From an uncultured Acidobacteriota bacterium (GTDB taxonomy: Bacteria; Acidobacteriota; Thermoanaerobaculia; Multivoradales; JAHEKO01), in the NCBI GenBank assembly GCA_963713825.1, contig CAVQNG010000005.1:384001-448000 (forward strand): a stretch of 64,000 bases of DNA. The letters are read 5' to 3'. Position 1 is the first letter of the stretch. Every line of letters begins with the position of its first letter. The position numbers and the translations under genes were made by a program. The notes below the pieces were generated by a model, which had not been told where the DNA came from, searched no databases, and was given only the letters and a program-made list of their open reading frames with translations. Shown one piece after another: positions 8,418 through 17,612 of the stretch.

Positions 8418-11276
8418 ATGCGCCGCAAGACAGCGATCGAGGTCCAGGGGGCGAGGACCCACAACCTCAAGAGCATCGACTGCCGGATTCCACACGGCAA
8501 GGTGACCGTTGTGACGGGACCTTCCGGCGCCGGCAAATCGTCGCTGGCGTTCGACACGGTCTTTGCCGAGGGGCAGCGGCGCTTCGTGGAGTCGATGTCC
8601 ACCTACGCTCGACAGTTCCTGGATCTGATGGAACGGCCGCCGGTGGAAGAGATCCGCAACATCCTCCCGGCCGTGGCGATGGAGTCCTGCAACGCGGTGC
8701 GCAATGCCAGATCGACGGTCGGCACGATCACCGAGGTCTACGACGTATTGCGCCTCCTCTACACCCACCTCGGTGAGGTCTTCTGTCAGCACTGCGAGGA
8801 GCCGGCTCGGACATTCACGGCCGCGGAAGCGGCGGCAGAGATGGCGGAAGGTGCCGTAGGCGAGAGGTTTCTCCTCGTAGTCCGCCTACCGAGGCCGTCG
8901 GGTGAAGCGGATCTGGCGCTTCGGGAGCTGATACGACAGGGCTTCGGGCGACGTCTGGAAGGCGATGAAGTGATTCGCATGGAGTCCACTGCAAGCTGGC
9001 CCAAGTCGTTGGATCCCCTGCCGCTTGTGCTCGGCAGGTTCCAGGCCAAGGAAGAGGCCACTGCGCAGGTGGCGGCGGCTGTCGAAGAGGGCTACCGCCT
9101 CAACCGGGAGCGCGTGGAAGCTCGCGGCGAAGCCGGATTCAGGTACGTGAAGTACTACGGCCCCAGCCTGATGTGCTCCACGTGCGGCGAGCTGATTCGC
9201 AAGCCGGAGCCGGCGTTGTTCTCGTTCAATTCGCCGCTCGGGGCCTGCCCCAGCTGTCAGGGCTTCGGGCGGGTCATCGGCATCGACCGCCAGAGGGTCA
9301 TTCCGGATCCGGTTTGGACCCTGGAGGAGCGACCCATCGCGCCCTGGAATACTCCGGCCTACGAGGAGCTTTACAAAGAGCTCTTCGCTGCCTGCGCTCA
9401 GGAAGGCATTCCCCTCGATGTCTCTTGGTGCGATCTTCCCGAGGAGGCGCGTGCTTTCGTCTGGTCCGGAAAGGGAGATTTCGTCAGTCTGGAGGCCTTC
9501 TTCGCCTGGTTGGAGCGCCGCTCCTACAAGGTTCATGTGAGGGTCTTGCTGGCGCGCTACCGTGCCTATGATCCTTGTCCGGACTGTGGCGGGACCCGTC
9601 TGCAGCCCGCGGCGCTCCGGGTCCGCCTCGAAAGCCAGACCCTGCCGCAGCTGGCGCAGCGCAGCATCGAGGATTTGAGGAGCTGGCTGGCGGCTCGAGA
9701 GTGGACCGATCGCCAAAGGGAGGTGGCTGGGCACCTTCTGGAGGAGCTCGACGACAGGGTCGAGTTTCTGCATCGAGTGGGATTGGACTACCTCTCCCTG
9801 GACCGCCAGGCCCGCACCCTTTCTGGTGGTGAGGCCCAGCGTATCCATCTGTCGGCGGCTCTCGGCTCGGGCTTGACGAGCACGCTGTATGTGCTGGACG
9901 AGCCGACGGTGGGGCTTCATCCGCAGGACAGCAGTCGCCTGGTCGATCTCCTGGTCGCTCTCTCCAATCGTGGCAACACCGTTCTGGTGGTCGAGCACGA
10001 CCGGACCCTGATTCAGGGCGCCGACCATGTCATCGATCTGGGCCCGGCCGCCGGCGAGCATGGTGGGGAAGTGATCGCCGAGGGGAATCTACAGACCATC
10101 CTGGACTCCGAGGCGTCGCTGACAGGTGCCTATCTCCGCGAGCGCCCTGCAACTCCCGCCCGCCGCCATATGGCTCGCTTCCGTCGAGAGCACGGCCAGG
10201 TGTCTCTGGCCGAGGAGGTGGCCTCGAAGCCGCGTATCGAGATCCGCGGAGCGCGGGCCCACAATCTTCAGGGCGTCGACGTCGAGGTGGCTCTCGGATC
10301 GATGGTGGCCGTTACGGGTGTGTCGGGTTCAGGCAAGTCGACGCTGGTCAAGAACGTCCTCCACGACAACTATCAGCGCGGCAGGGGAGTCGTCGATGTG
10401 GACCCGGGTGAGTGTGAGGAGTTGGTCGGTCTCGACCAGGTCTCCGACGTCGTTCTGGTCGATCAGCAACCACTGGGTCGGTCGGCGCGCTCGATTCCCG
10501 TCACCTATATCAAGGCCTACGACGAGATTCGCAAAGTCTTCGCCGCGACGACGGCCAGTCGCAAGCGCGGTATCAAGGCCGGCCACTTCTCCTTCAACGT
10601 CGAGGCCGGACGGTGCCCGGTCTGCAAAGGAACCGGCGCTCAGGAAGTGGACATGCAGTTCATGGCGCCGGTGACCGTGGTTTGCGACGAGTGCCAGGGA
10701 CACCGCTTCAAACAGGAGGTGCTGGCCGTCACCTATCGGGGGCTCAACATCGCCGAGACGCTCGAGCTGTCGGTGGAAGCCGCACTGCGCCATTTTGGCG
10801 ACCGCAAACGGCTCTGCCGTCGTTTGCAGTCTCTGGCGGATGTCGGGTTGGGCTATTTGCGGTTGGGCCAGCCGACTTCGACGCTATCCGGCGGGGAGGC
10901 CCAGCGCCTCAAGTTGGCGAGCTTTCTGGACCGCCCGACTGCCGGCAAACCTCGCTTGTTCCTGTTCGACGAGCCCACCACCGGTCTCCATATGTCGGAC
11001 ATCGATCTGCTGTATCAGACGCTTCGCAAACTGGTGCGAAGAGGCGACGGCGTAGTGGTTGTAGAGCATAGTCTCGACTTGATCTCGAAGGCCGATTGGA
11101 TCATCGACCTGGGGCCGGGAGGGGGCGTGCATGGTGGCAAACTGCTGTTCTCCGGCCCTCTGGAGCCGTTCCTGGACGAAATCGAAAGCCCGACGGCTGT
11201 CGAATTGAGGGGACACTTGCAATGGCGGTCCGATCGAGACGAGAGCGAGGAGGGAGCTGACGATGCCCCCGCCTAG
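8418..11276 (+). CDS. uvrA: excinuclease ABC subunit UvrA (divergent paralog type)
   Basis: Motifs GARTHNLK, GPSGAGKSSLAFDT, EGQRRFVES, FSFNSPLGACPSC, LSGGEAQRI, GVSGSGKST, YLRLGQ, LSGGEAQRLKLA and FDEPTTGLH, plus Zn-finger Cys pairs. Confidence 0.92.
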   Translation: MRRKTAIEVQGARTHNLKSIDCRIPHGKVTVVTGPSGAGKSSLAFDTVFAEGQRRFVESMSTYARQFLDLMERPPVEEIRNILPAVAMESCNAVRNARSTVGTITEVYDVLRLLYTHLGEVFCQHCEEPARTFTAAEAAAEMAEGAVGERFLLVVRLPRPSGEADLALRELIRQGFGRRLEGDEVIRMESTASWPKSLDPLPLVLGRFQAKEEATAQVAAAVEEGYRLNRERVEARGEAGFRYVKYYGPSLMCSTCGELIRKPEPALFSFNSPLGACPSCQGFGRVIGIDRQRVIPDPVWTLEERPIAPWNTPAYEELYKELFAACAQEGIPLDVSWCDLPEEARAFVWSGKGDFVSLEAFFAWLERRSYKVHVRVLLARYRAYDPCPDCGGTRLQPAALRVRLESQTLPQLAQRSIEDLRSWLAAREWTDRQREVAGHLLEELDDRVEFLHRVGLDYLSLDRQARTLSGGEAQRIHLSAALGSGLTSTLYVLDEPTVGLHPQDSSRLVDLLVALSNRGNTVLVVEHDRTLIQGADHVIDLGPAAGEHGGEVIAEGNLQTILDSEASLTGAYLRERPATPARRHMARFRREHGQVSLAEEVASKPRIEIRGARAHNLQGVDVEVALGSMVAVTGVSGSGKSTLVKNVLHDNYQRGRGVVDVDPGECEELVGLDQVSDVVLVDQQPLGRSARSIPVTYIKAYDEIRKVFAATTASRKRGIKAGHFSFNVEAGRCPVCKGTGAQEVDMQFMAPVTVVCDECQGHRFKQEVLAVTYRGLNIAETLELSVEAALRHFGDRKRLCRRLQSLADVGLGYLRLGQPTSTLSGGEAQRLKLASFLDRPTAGKPRLFLFDEPTTGLHMSDIDLLYQTLRKLVRRGDGVVVVEHSLDLISKADWIIDLGPGGGVHGGKLLFSGPLEPFLDEIESPTAVELRGHLQWRSDRDESEEGADDAPA

Positions 11277-11343
11277 CTGCCGCCGGCTGGCGGCACGAGC
11301 CTTGCACGATGATCCGAACAGGTCTTAGGATGCGAGAGTAACG

Positions 11344-12303
11344 ATGCCGATTGAGCCGATCGACTACCGTCCTACCCCTACGTGGGTGCGAGTTCTTGGA
11401 GTTGCAGCGGCAGTCTTTCTGGGATTGGTGTTTCTCGTCGCCGCCTGGGGCAAGGCTCTGGATCCGGTCGCGTTCGTCGAGCAGATCCGGACCGAAGGGC
11501 TCGACTTTTTCGGCCTGGCCCAAGCGATGGCCTTCTTCGCCCTGGGGCTCGAGATCGCACTGGGCCTGGCCCTGGTGACGGGCCTGCGGCGCTGGTGGGT
11601 TCTGGTGCCGACCGCGGTGCTGGTGGCTTTCTTCCTGTTTCTGACTGGCCGAGCCTACTGGCGCTTCGAGAATGGCTTGATCGATGAGACCGAGGCCTGC
11701 GGCTGCTTTGGCAACTTGCTGAACCGGACCCCAAAAGAGGCCTTTTGGCAGGACCTGGGGCTGCTGGTGGTACCCCTGGGCCTGAGCCTGGTCGGTCGTC
11801 CCAAGGGTGGCCCCTTCCCGAAAGGGCGTCTGGCGCTGATCGCCGCCTTGACGGCGGCGGTCCTCGTCCTAGCGTGGAAGGCCCCGGATCTTCCGCTCGA
11901 CAATCTGGCCACCCGTTTGAAGCCGGGAGTCGAGGTCAGCGAGATCTGCGCGGGGAGCGACGAGAATCCCGAGCAGCTTTGTTTGGATGCCCTGGTCAGC
12001 GATCTGACCCTGGGGAGGCACTGGGTGGTCCTCTCGGACCTTCAGGAGCCGGCCTTCCTGGAGGCGATACCACGACTCAATGAAGGGAGCACCTCGCAGC
12101 CGGAGGCTGGAGTTTGGGTTCTGACGGCTGCCTCGACGGAGACAGTGAGTACTTTTCAGTGGACTCAGGCCCCGGCCTTTGTCGTCCAGGAGGTGCCGTA
12201 TGCCATGCTGAGACCGCTCTTTCGGAGGCTTCCCCGGTCCTTTCTGGTGGAGGATGGTGAAGTCATCGAAACGGTCTCCGATTTGCCTCCCGAGGCGTTT
12301 TAG
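11344..12303 (+). CDS. MauE/DoxX-family membrane protein with C-terminal soluble domain
   Basis: Motifs FLVAAWGK..DP..F and E...G.AL, conserved CGCFG, five hydrophobic segments, then a C-terminal domain with a thioredoxin-like pattern but no CxxC. Confidence 0.75.
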   Translation: MPIEPIDYRPTPTWVRVLGVAAAVFLGLVFLVAAWGKALDPVAFVEQIRTEGLDFFGLAQAMAFFALGLEIALGLALVTGLRRWWVLVPTAVLVAFFLFLTGRAYWRFENGLIDETEACGCFGNLLNRTPKEAFWQDLGLLVVPLGLSLVGRPKGGPFPKGRLALIAALTAAVLVLAWKAPDLPLDNLATRLKPGVEVSEICAGSDENPEQLCLDALVSDLTLGRHWVVLSDLQEPAFLEAIPRLNEGSTSQPEAGVWVLTAASTETVSTFQWTQAPAFVVQEVPYAMLRPLFRRLPRSFLVEDGEVIETVSDLPPEAF

Positions 12304-12334
12304 GGCAGGCTATGGCGCATTCTGAAACGAGGGA

Positions 12335-13216
12335 ATGAAGATGAGAAGAGTTTTCGAGTCCAGAAAGAGACTTTCAATCAGCATCTCAGAGGCTTCGCGT
12401 GAGCCTCTAGGAGCGGTGGTTTCAACGGTTCTGGTCATGGCTGTGCTGATGACTTTGGCAGCCGGCCCGATTCTGGCGGCGGGACCGCCGATCTTCGGCT
12501 TCGAGCCGGTGGGCTTTCAAGTGACGCTGAACGGCAAAGAACTGCAGGGCATCGAGGTCTACCAGGCCCAGTCGGCTGGCGCGTTCTTGATCCTCTCCGA
12601 GGAGTTGGGCGCCCCCGTCCTCCTTCGTATGCGCGACGGACAAGTGGAGACGTTGGACCTGATGAAGGTGAATCACAATGCCAACGGCACGGTGGACGTG
12701 CTGGCCGGAGCCACCCTGGCAGCTCAAGGTGGATTCCAGGTCAACGCCGATCGCACCGGAGTCATGTTCATGGTCGGAGGGCAGACCGCCGAGCTGAAGG
12801 AGAAGCCCCCCCTTCTGGGCTCCCAGCAGGCTGCTGGCCTCAAAGCCTACGATCCCCACTACGAACGGACGGCCGAAGCCTATTCGCCGTCAGACCCGAT
12901 TGTCGAGAAGTTGCGACAGCAGGACCAAGACGTCAAGGTGTCGGTTTTCTTTGGCACCTGGTGCGGCGCCTGCAAGCAGATGGTGCCACGCATCATCGCC
13001 GTGGCCGACCGCCTCGAAGGGTCGAAGATCACCTTCGACTTCTACGGCCTGCCGCCTGGCATCGCCGGTGACAAAGAGGCAGGACGGATGGGCATCGAGG
13101 CCGTGCCGACCGGTGTCGTCTTCGTCGACGGCAAGGAAGCCGGACGCATCTCCGGCAACGGCTGGCGGGTCCCCGAGCTGGCGATCAACAATCTATTAGT
13201 CAACGGGCAGAGCTGA
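12335..13216 (+). CDS. exported thioredoxin-family protein
   Basis: Signal-like hydrophobic stretch, FFGTWCGACKQMVP, cis-Pro motif AVPT, GKEAGRI. Start codon uncertain. Confidence 0.8.
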   Translation: MKMRRVFESRKRLSISISEASREPLGAVVSTVLVMAVLMTLAAGPILAAGPPIFGFEPVGFQVTLNGKELQGIEVYQAQSAGAFLILSEELGAPVLLRMRDGQVETLDLMKVNHNANGTVDVLAGATLAAQGGFQVNADRTGVMFMVGGQTAELKEKPPLLGSQQAAGLKAYDPHYERTAEAYSPSDPIVEKLRQQDQDVKVSVFFGTWCGACKQMVPRIIAVADRLEGSKITFDFYGLPPGIAGDKEAGRMGIEAVPTGVVFVDGKEAGRISGNGWRVPELAINNLLVNGQS

Positions 13217-13234
13217 TCCCCACCCACCCTCCCA

Positions 13235-13745
13235 GGGGTTGAGGCGCCCGGCTCACCACCGGCCGTTCTTTGTGGGCTTGGGGTTGAGGCGGCTGTCGCT
13301 TGCTCCAGCCGGTCTCTGGGGCTTGGGCCTTGGGTCCTGAACAGACGATGATCTTCGTGTGGAGGCCCGTCCGGGTGGTCCGCAGGCGGACGGTGGCGGT
13401 TACACAGACTTTGACGGGGGACCGCCACCTCGTCTCGTCATCGCGCCCCGTCTCCTGTGCCCTATGAAGGATCCTGCGCCGCGCTCGACTCGGCGCCCCC
13501 TGTCGAACCACCCGAACGAACCTCTGGCACCGATGAACGCAGTAGGGGCTCAGGGGCGTAGGGGGTGGCGAGTCAGCCGATTCAATCTTGATGTGTGTCG
13601 AAGGTGGTAGATCGGGCCATGGGTCTCCCTCGTCGGAGGGGCATGGTCGGGTGAGGCCGCAGACGAGGGAGATCCCTGGTCCGATCGGCCGTCTCAACCC
13701 CATGCTCCAGGACGGATGAGTGGGCAGGGACGGCCACCGCAACCC
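13235..13745 (+). repeat. mosaic intergenic repeat, copy B (most complete: REP-like units - P - Q - octamer array - S hairpin - inverted unit)
   Basis: Colinear with 60741-61170 and with the reverse complement of about 53583-53950. It fills the gap between convergent genes. Confidence 0.92.
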
Positions 13746-15032
13746 TCAAGGCGAGCCGAGGGGGCGCCCGGTCAGTGCCTCGAAGGGGTGGATGCCGCCG
13801 TTGTGCCAGGTGGCGTCGGCGGCTTGGAGGTCGCCTGGGGTGGCGCATCGACTGATGCCGAGGGACTCGAGCGCGGGTCGCAGACGCCAGGCGGCGTCAC
13901 CGGCGAGCGCCGCACCCTGCAGGCGGCCGGCCCACGGCGCCAGAATTTCGGGCAGCTCTCCCAGGTTCTCGATCGGGTGGATTCTGATGGTTCTCATACC
14001 TGGTGATGGCTGAAACTCCATTTGAGGCTCGACCACGACGCTGCCAACCTCGATGGGCAGAGCCGCCGTGTGCAGGCCCCGCAGAGCAGCCTCCATACGA
14101 ATCTGCTGGACCCCGGCTGCGACCACGGGATCGGGTGGCCCAGGGGGCATCTCTCTGGCAGCGGTTGCCAGTTTGTCAGCAAGAGCTTGTGCCAGGCCGA
14201 CGGCGTCAGCAGCCGTGTAGATGGCTTGGATCGAGAGACACCCCCGCTGGTCGAACAAGACGATGTCTCGGGCCAGACCTTGGGCAACAGAGCTCGCTCC
14301 GACGTCGGAGCCGAGCACGGCAAGACTGGTCTTCGGACCGTAGGCGTAGACCTTGTCGGGGGCGCGCCGTTCGAGTGACTCGATGGCTGCGGTCTCTCCA
14401 TAGACGAGGAGCCGGCCTGCGGCCTCGAGCACAGGGGCTTCTAGAGCCGGGTCTCCACCTGGCCAGGTGATGGCGCCGATCGCCTCGCCCAGCAGCGACT
14501 TCCTTTGCGTCAAGGCTCGGACGAAGGCCGGCGTGAAGAGTGGCTCGGAGCTGGGCGACTTGAGGAGCATAGGCCTGCGCAGCAGGAGGGCCGGAAGTAG
14601 AGACTGAACCGCGAGGCCTGGGAGGTTCGAGGACAGGATCGCCACGAGGGGTGACGGGCCCCGTTCTGCTGTCCTGGCCTGTGCGACCAGCTCGAGGACG
14701 GCTGGTCCTCTAACGCCCCCGAGGACGACTTCCAATGCTGCTTGTAACCCAGCCGGTGACAGGCCAGAAAGTCTGGTCATGGCCGGGTCCAGCGCTCGGC
14801 GCTCGTCAGACTCGGGGTCGAGAAAGACAGCCACCGTCTCCTCCCAGGCGGCAATGATCTCGACATCCTGTAGCTCGTTCAAGGCTTCGACGCCGAGCGT
14901 TGACAGATGCCCCATCAGTCGTTCGAGCTCGGCTGGGCTCCAACGAGCCGAAGTGAAGCCGATCCCCTGCGCCTCGATCGCCGTCACCGACGATGGGCTG
15001 ATGGAGGGAGGCACAGCAGCGTCATGAATCAT
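13746..15032 (-). CDS. LuxC-like acyl-CoA/acyl-protein reductase
   Basis: ALDH-like motifs SSNLPG, LLKSPSSEP, ITWPGG, VYGE, YGPKTS, catalytic FDQRGCLS and C-terminal WHNGG. Confidence 0.85.
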   Translation of the reverse strand: MIHDAAVPPSISPSSVTAIEAQGIGFTSARWSPAELERLMGHLSTLGVEALNELQDVEIIAAWEETVAVFLDPESDERRALDPAMTRLSGLSPAGLQAALEVVLGGVRGPAVLELVAQARTAERGPSPLVAILSSNLPGLAVQSLLPALLLRRPMLLKSPSSEPLFTPAFVRALTQRKSLLGEAIGAITWPGGDPALEAPVLEAAGRLLVYGETAAIESLERRAPDKVYAYGPKTSLAVLGSDVGASSVAQGLARDIVLFDQRGCLSIQAIYTAADAVGLAQALADKLATAAREMPPGPPDPVVAAGVQQIRMEAALRGLHTAALPIEVGSVVVEPQMEFQPSPGMRTIRIHPIENLGELPEILAPWAGRLQGAALAGDAAWRLRPALESLGISRCATPGDLQAADATWHNGGIHPFEALTGRPLGSP

Positions 15033-15062
15033 GGTTCGTCCCAGTCCCTCAAACTCGAACAG

Positions 15063-15107
15063 GTCCCTAAGCCCCTAGGCCCCTAAGCCCTCGAGCCCCT
15101 TGCCCCA
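15063..15107 (-). repeat. degenerate 8-bp tandem array (TAGGGGCN)n, stand-alone
   Basis: gtccctaa gcccctag gcccctaa gccctcga gcccctt gcccca in the luxE-luxC spacer. Confidence 0.8.
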
Positions 15108-15116
15108 GCAAGGGTC

Positions 15117-16160
15117 TCAGACTTCAGTCAGCTCTTCCACCGTCAGCGAGCAACCCCGCAGCTCGGCTCCCGCTGCCCGTCCAGTCAGTCGGACGCCGCC
15201 GTCCTCGGCCATCCCGAGATCTTCGGTCAGCAGATGCACGGCCGAGCTGAGATTCGCCAGGTCGAAGAGGGCGATCAGGCCCTCCTTGCCCGGGGTCTGC
15301 TCGGCGAGTGTTGTCGGCTCGAGAATGCGGCATCTCACCCAGTGGGGTGGAACGAACAAGTCGGTGTCTCGGCCGACCAGGGCCTGGGTGTAGAGCTGAC
15401 TCGTGAGCTCCGTCATGCCGTATTCACGGACCACGGAGGAGGTTGCGATGCCGAGCCTCTCCGACAGGCGAGCGAGAAGATCGACTCGAGATACCTCCCG
15501 GGTACGGCCTTTGTAGCCCCCGGTCTCGAAGACGACGCTGCCGGCAGGCAATCGAAACCGTAGGTCGAGTCTCTCGAGGGCCTCGAGCAGAGTAGCCAAG
15601 GCAAAGGCCGTCGTCAGGAGGAGTGTCGCTCTGCCATCGCGCTGACGGGCCGCCAGGAACGATCGGGCCTTGGTGGCGTCCAAGCCCCGATTGCCGAACG
15701 CGGTCGAGCTCTCGGGCGCGCCGTGCTGGGCGAGCACGTGGTCGATCATGAACGAGAGGCTGGAATCGGGAGCCTGAGACCGAGTCGGAATCAGGGAGAG
15801 CATCGGGGGCCGGGTCATGGTCCCGAGGCAGGCCGGGGCGAAACTCGCATCGATGGTGGCGCGATACAGATCCGGGAAGCCATGCCTGTGCACACTTCGC
15901 GGCCCACCCGAGGTGCCGCTGCTGCGGAAAGTCTCCTGGGCCGGCGCCGCAGCGAGATCCATTGTCTTGAAAGCCAGCGTGGGCACCATCGGCACGTCGG
16001 ACCAATGAGCGACCTTGCCGGGGATCGCGTCGTGCTTTTCACAGAGGCGCCGCAGAGGTTCGATGTGCTCGAACTGATAGGCGAAGGCCTCCAAAGCCAG
16101 TTCCTCGAAGTTCGCGGTGGCCGATTCGGCGAGGTACTGGGTGATCTTTGAAGCCAACAT
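15117..16160 (-). CDS. LuxE-like acyl-protein synthetase
   Basis: Motifs FAYQF, FRSSGTSG (AMP-binding loop), SSLSFM, ETGGYKGR, EYGMTELTSQLY, TEDLG and C-terminal RGCSL (acylated Cys). Start at MLASKITQ. Confidence 0.88.
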   Translation of the reverse strand: MLASKITQYLAESATANFEELALEAFAYQFEHIEPLRRLCEKHDAIPGKVAHWSDVPMVPTLAFKTMDLAAAPAQETFRSSGTSGGPRSVHRHGFPDLYRATIDASFAPACLGTMTRPPMLSLIPTRSQAPDSSLSFMIDHVLAQHGAPESSTAFGNRGLDATKARSFLAARQRDGRATLLLTTAFALATLLEALERLDLRFRLPAGSVVFETGGYKGRTREVSRVDLLARLSERLGIATSSVVREYGMTELTSQLYTQALVGRDTDLFVPPHWVRCRILEPTTLAEQTPGKEGLIALFDLANLSSAVHLLTEDLGMAEDGGVRLTGRAAGAELRGCSLTVEELTEV

Positions 16161-16316
16161 CCCGCCGATTCTGCCATGAGGAGCGGCCAACAGGACGTCC
16201 GAGCCGTCTGGCCGGGTCCTGCGTGGAGCCGGAACAGGGAGGCGTGCCTTCTGGTAGAGTGCGGCAACTCGAGCCCAGAGCTCACAATAGAGAAGCACTT
16301 CAGGAGTCGGCAGAGA

Positions 16317-16685
16317 ATGGCTGAGACGTTTCCCTACCCCTACAAGGTCGAGGTCGACAAGGCACCTCGAGCCCGCGCTCCGAAGCAGGTTGCCGTCATC
16401 GACCAGACCGGTTGCACGGGCTGTGAGGCCTGCCTCGCCTTTTGCCCCGTCGACTGCATCGAGATCGTTGCCGGTCCGGAGCATCCCGATTTCATGAAGC
16501 TGGTCGAAGTGGATCTCGAGCGCTGTATCGGGTGTCAGCTCTGTGCCCGCTATTGCCCCTGGGAGACCATCGACATGTGGTCCTACGACGAAGGGGTCGA
16601 AGCCGCTCCAACCTTGACCATCCGTTCCTTGCTCTACAACTACGATCCGGAGCAGATGCACGAATCTGCGGAGAGCCGTGGCTGA
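16317..16685 (+). CDS. 2[4Fe-4S] dicluster ferredoxin (RnfB C-terminal-like)
   Basis: CTGCEACLAFCP and CIGCQLCARYCP. Divergent from luxE. Confidence 0.88.
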   Translation: MAETFPYPYKVEVDKAPRARAPKQVAVIDQTGCTGCEACLAFCPVDCIEIVAGPEHPDFMKLVEVDLERCIGCQLCARYCPWETIDMWSYDEGVEAAPTLTIRSLLYNYDPEQMHESAESRG

Positions 16686-16896
16686 AAAGGCAGGGCCAGA
16701 CCCGTCCCCCGGATTCGATCCCGAGCTGGACGCCGCGCTCAAGAAGGTGCTGCAGGTGATCTATAGGGAGCATCCCTTGAGCCCCAACCAGATCCTGGTC
16801 CTGAGCTCGGAGCTGCAGCGCATCGGGGTCCATCGGCTCGTCGAAGGACATCTGGACAAGTACCGCCAGCGCCACCTCGACGCCGAACCGGACTAG
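16678..16896 (+). CDS. small hypothetical protein
   Basis: 72-aa ORF with a GTG start overlapping the ferredoxin end, GGAG upstream and host-like codon usage. Confidence 0.55.
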   Translation: MAEKAGPDPSPGFDPELDAALKKVLQVIYREHPLSPNQILVLSSELQRIGVHRLVEGHLDKYRQRHLDAEPD

Positions 16897-16998
16897 CCAC
16901 CCCCATCTCGAGAGCTCGAAAGCTGGAGATTCAGGATAGCGTTGGAGCCACGTCGCAGCGCAGGGTTGGGCCGCGCCGTGGGTTCCAGGAATGTGGTG

Positions 16999-17601
16999 AT
17001 GCCGAACGTTCTCTTGGACGACACCAGCGAATCGGACTGGCAGCTGCTGTCCAGGACGGCTGAAGGTGAGGAAGATGCCTTCAGACAGTTGGTCGAGCGC
17101 CACCAGGATCGTCTGGTCGGGCTCTGTCAGCGGTTGCTCGGGGATCGCGAGGAAGCCCTGGATGCCGCTCAGGAGGTTTTCCTCAAGACCTACGGGAAGG
17201 CTGGCTCGCTGCAGCCGAAGGGTGAGCTCTTCACCTGGATGTATCGAGTGGCCACCAACCACTGCCTGAACCGAATCCGGCGTCGCAAGCTGGCTCAGTT
17301 CCTGTCTCTGACCCCCGATCCAGGCGCCGAGGCCGCGAGCCTGGAGCCGGTCGATAACGCGCCGGACGCCCTCGCCACCCTGGAGAGTAGGCGTCGCTGG
17401 CGGCAGACACTCGAAGCGATCGGGGCATTGCCGGAGAGCCAGAGAGTCGTGCTCATCCTGGCTCGATTCGAGGGTCTTCCCTATCGGCAGATCGGCGAGA
17501 TTCTGGGCATCTCGGAAGGAGCGGTCGAAAGTCGGCTCTTCCGGGCCATGCGACACCTCAAGGGGGCACAGGAATCTGCCTCTCTGGGGGTTTCAAGATA
17601 A
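16999..17601 (+). CDS. ECF RNA polymerase sigma factor
   Basis: Motifs AFRQLVERH, DAAQEVFLK, TWMYRVATNHCLN, LPESQRVVLIL and YRQIGEILGISEGAVESRLFRA. Confidence 0.92.
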   Translation: MPNVLLDDTSESDWQLLSRTAEGEEDAFRQLVERHQDRLVGLCQRLLGDREEALDAAQEVFLKTYGKAGSLQPKGELFTWMYRVATNHCLNRIRRRKLAQFLSLTPDPGAEAASLEPVDNAPDALATLESRRRWRQTLEAIGALPESQRVVLILARFEGLPYRQIGEILGISEGAVESRLFRAMRHLKGAQESASLGVSR

Positions 17602-17612
17602 GGGCAACGACG

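Noticed and set aside
13359-13610. Short ORFs within module Q (PPPRLVIAP...RSTRRPLS.HPNEPL in three copies)
   Set aside because: Starts and stops differ among copies and there is no RBS. B-versus-H substitutions are spread over all codon positions (about 6/4/7 by my count), so peptide similarity is explained by DNA repeat identity. Not fully excluded without ribosome profiling.
13235-13745. Integron attC sites (GTT-containing ends, long imperfect hairpins after genes)
   Set aside because: attC runs RYYYAAC...GTTRRRY after the gene, whereas these elements start with GGGTTGAGG and end with CCTCAACCC (opposite polarity). Flanking genes are housekeeping and no integrase is present.
13746-16160. 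Bioluminescence operon
   Set aside because: No luxA, luxB, luxD or luxG in the window.
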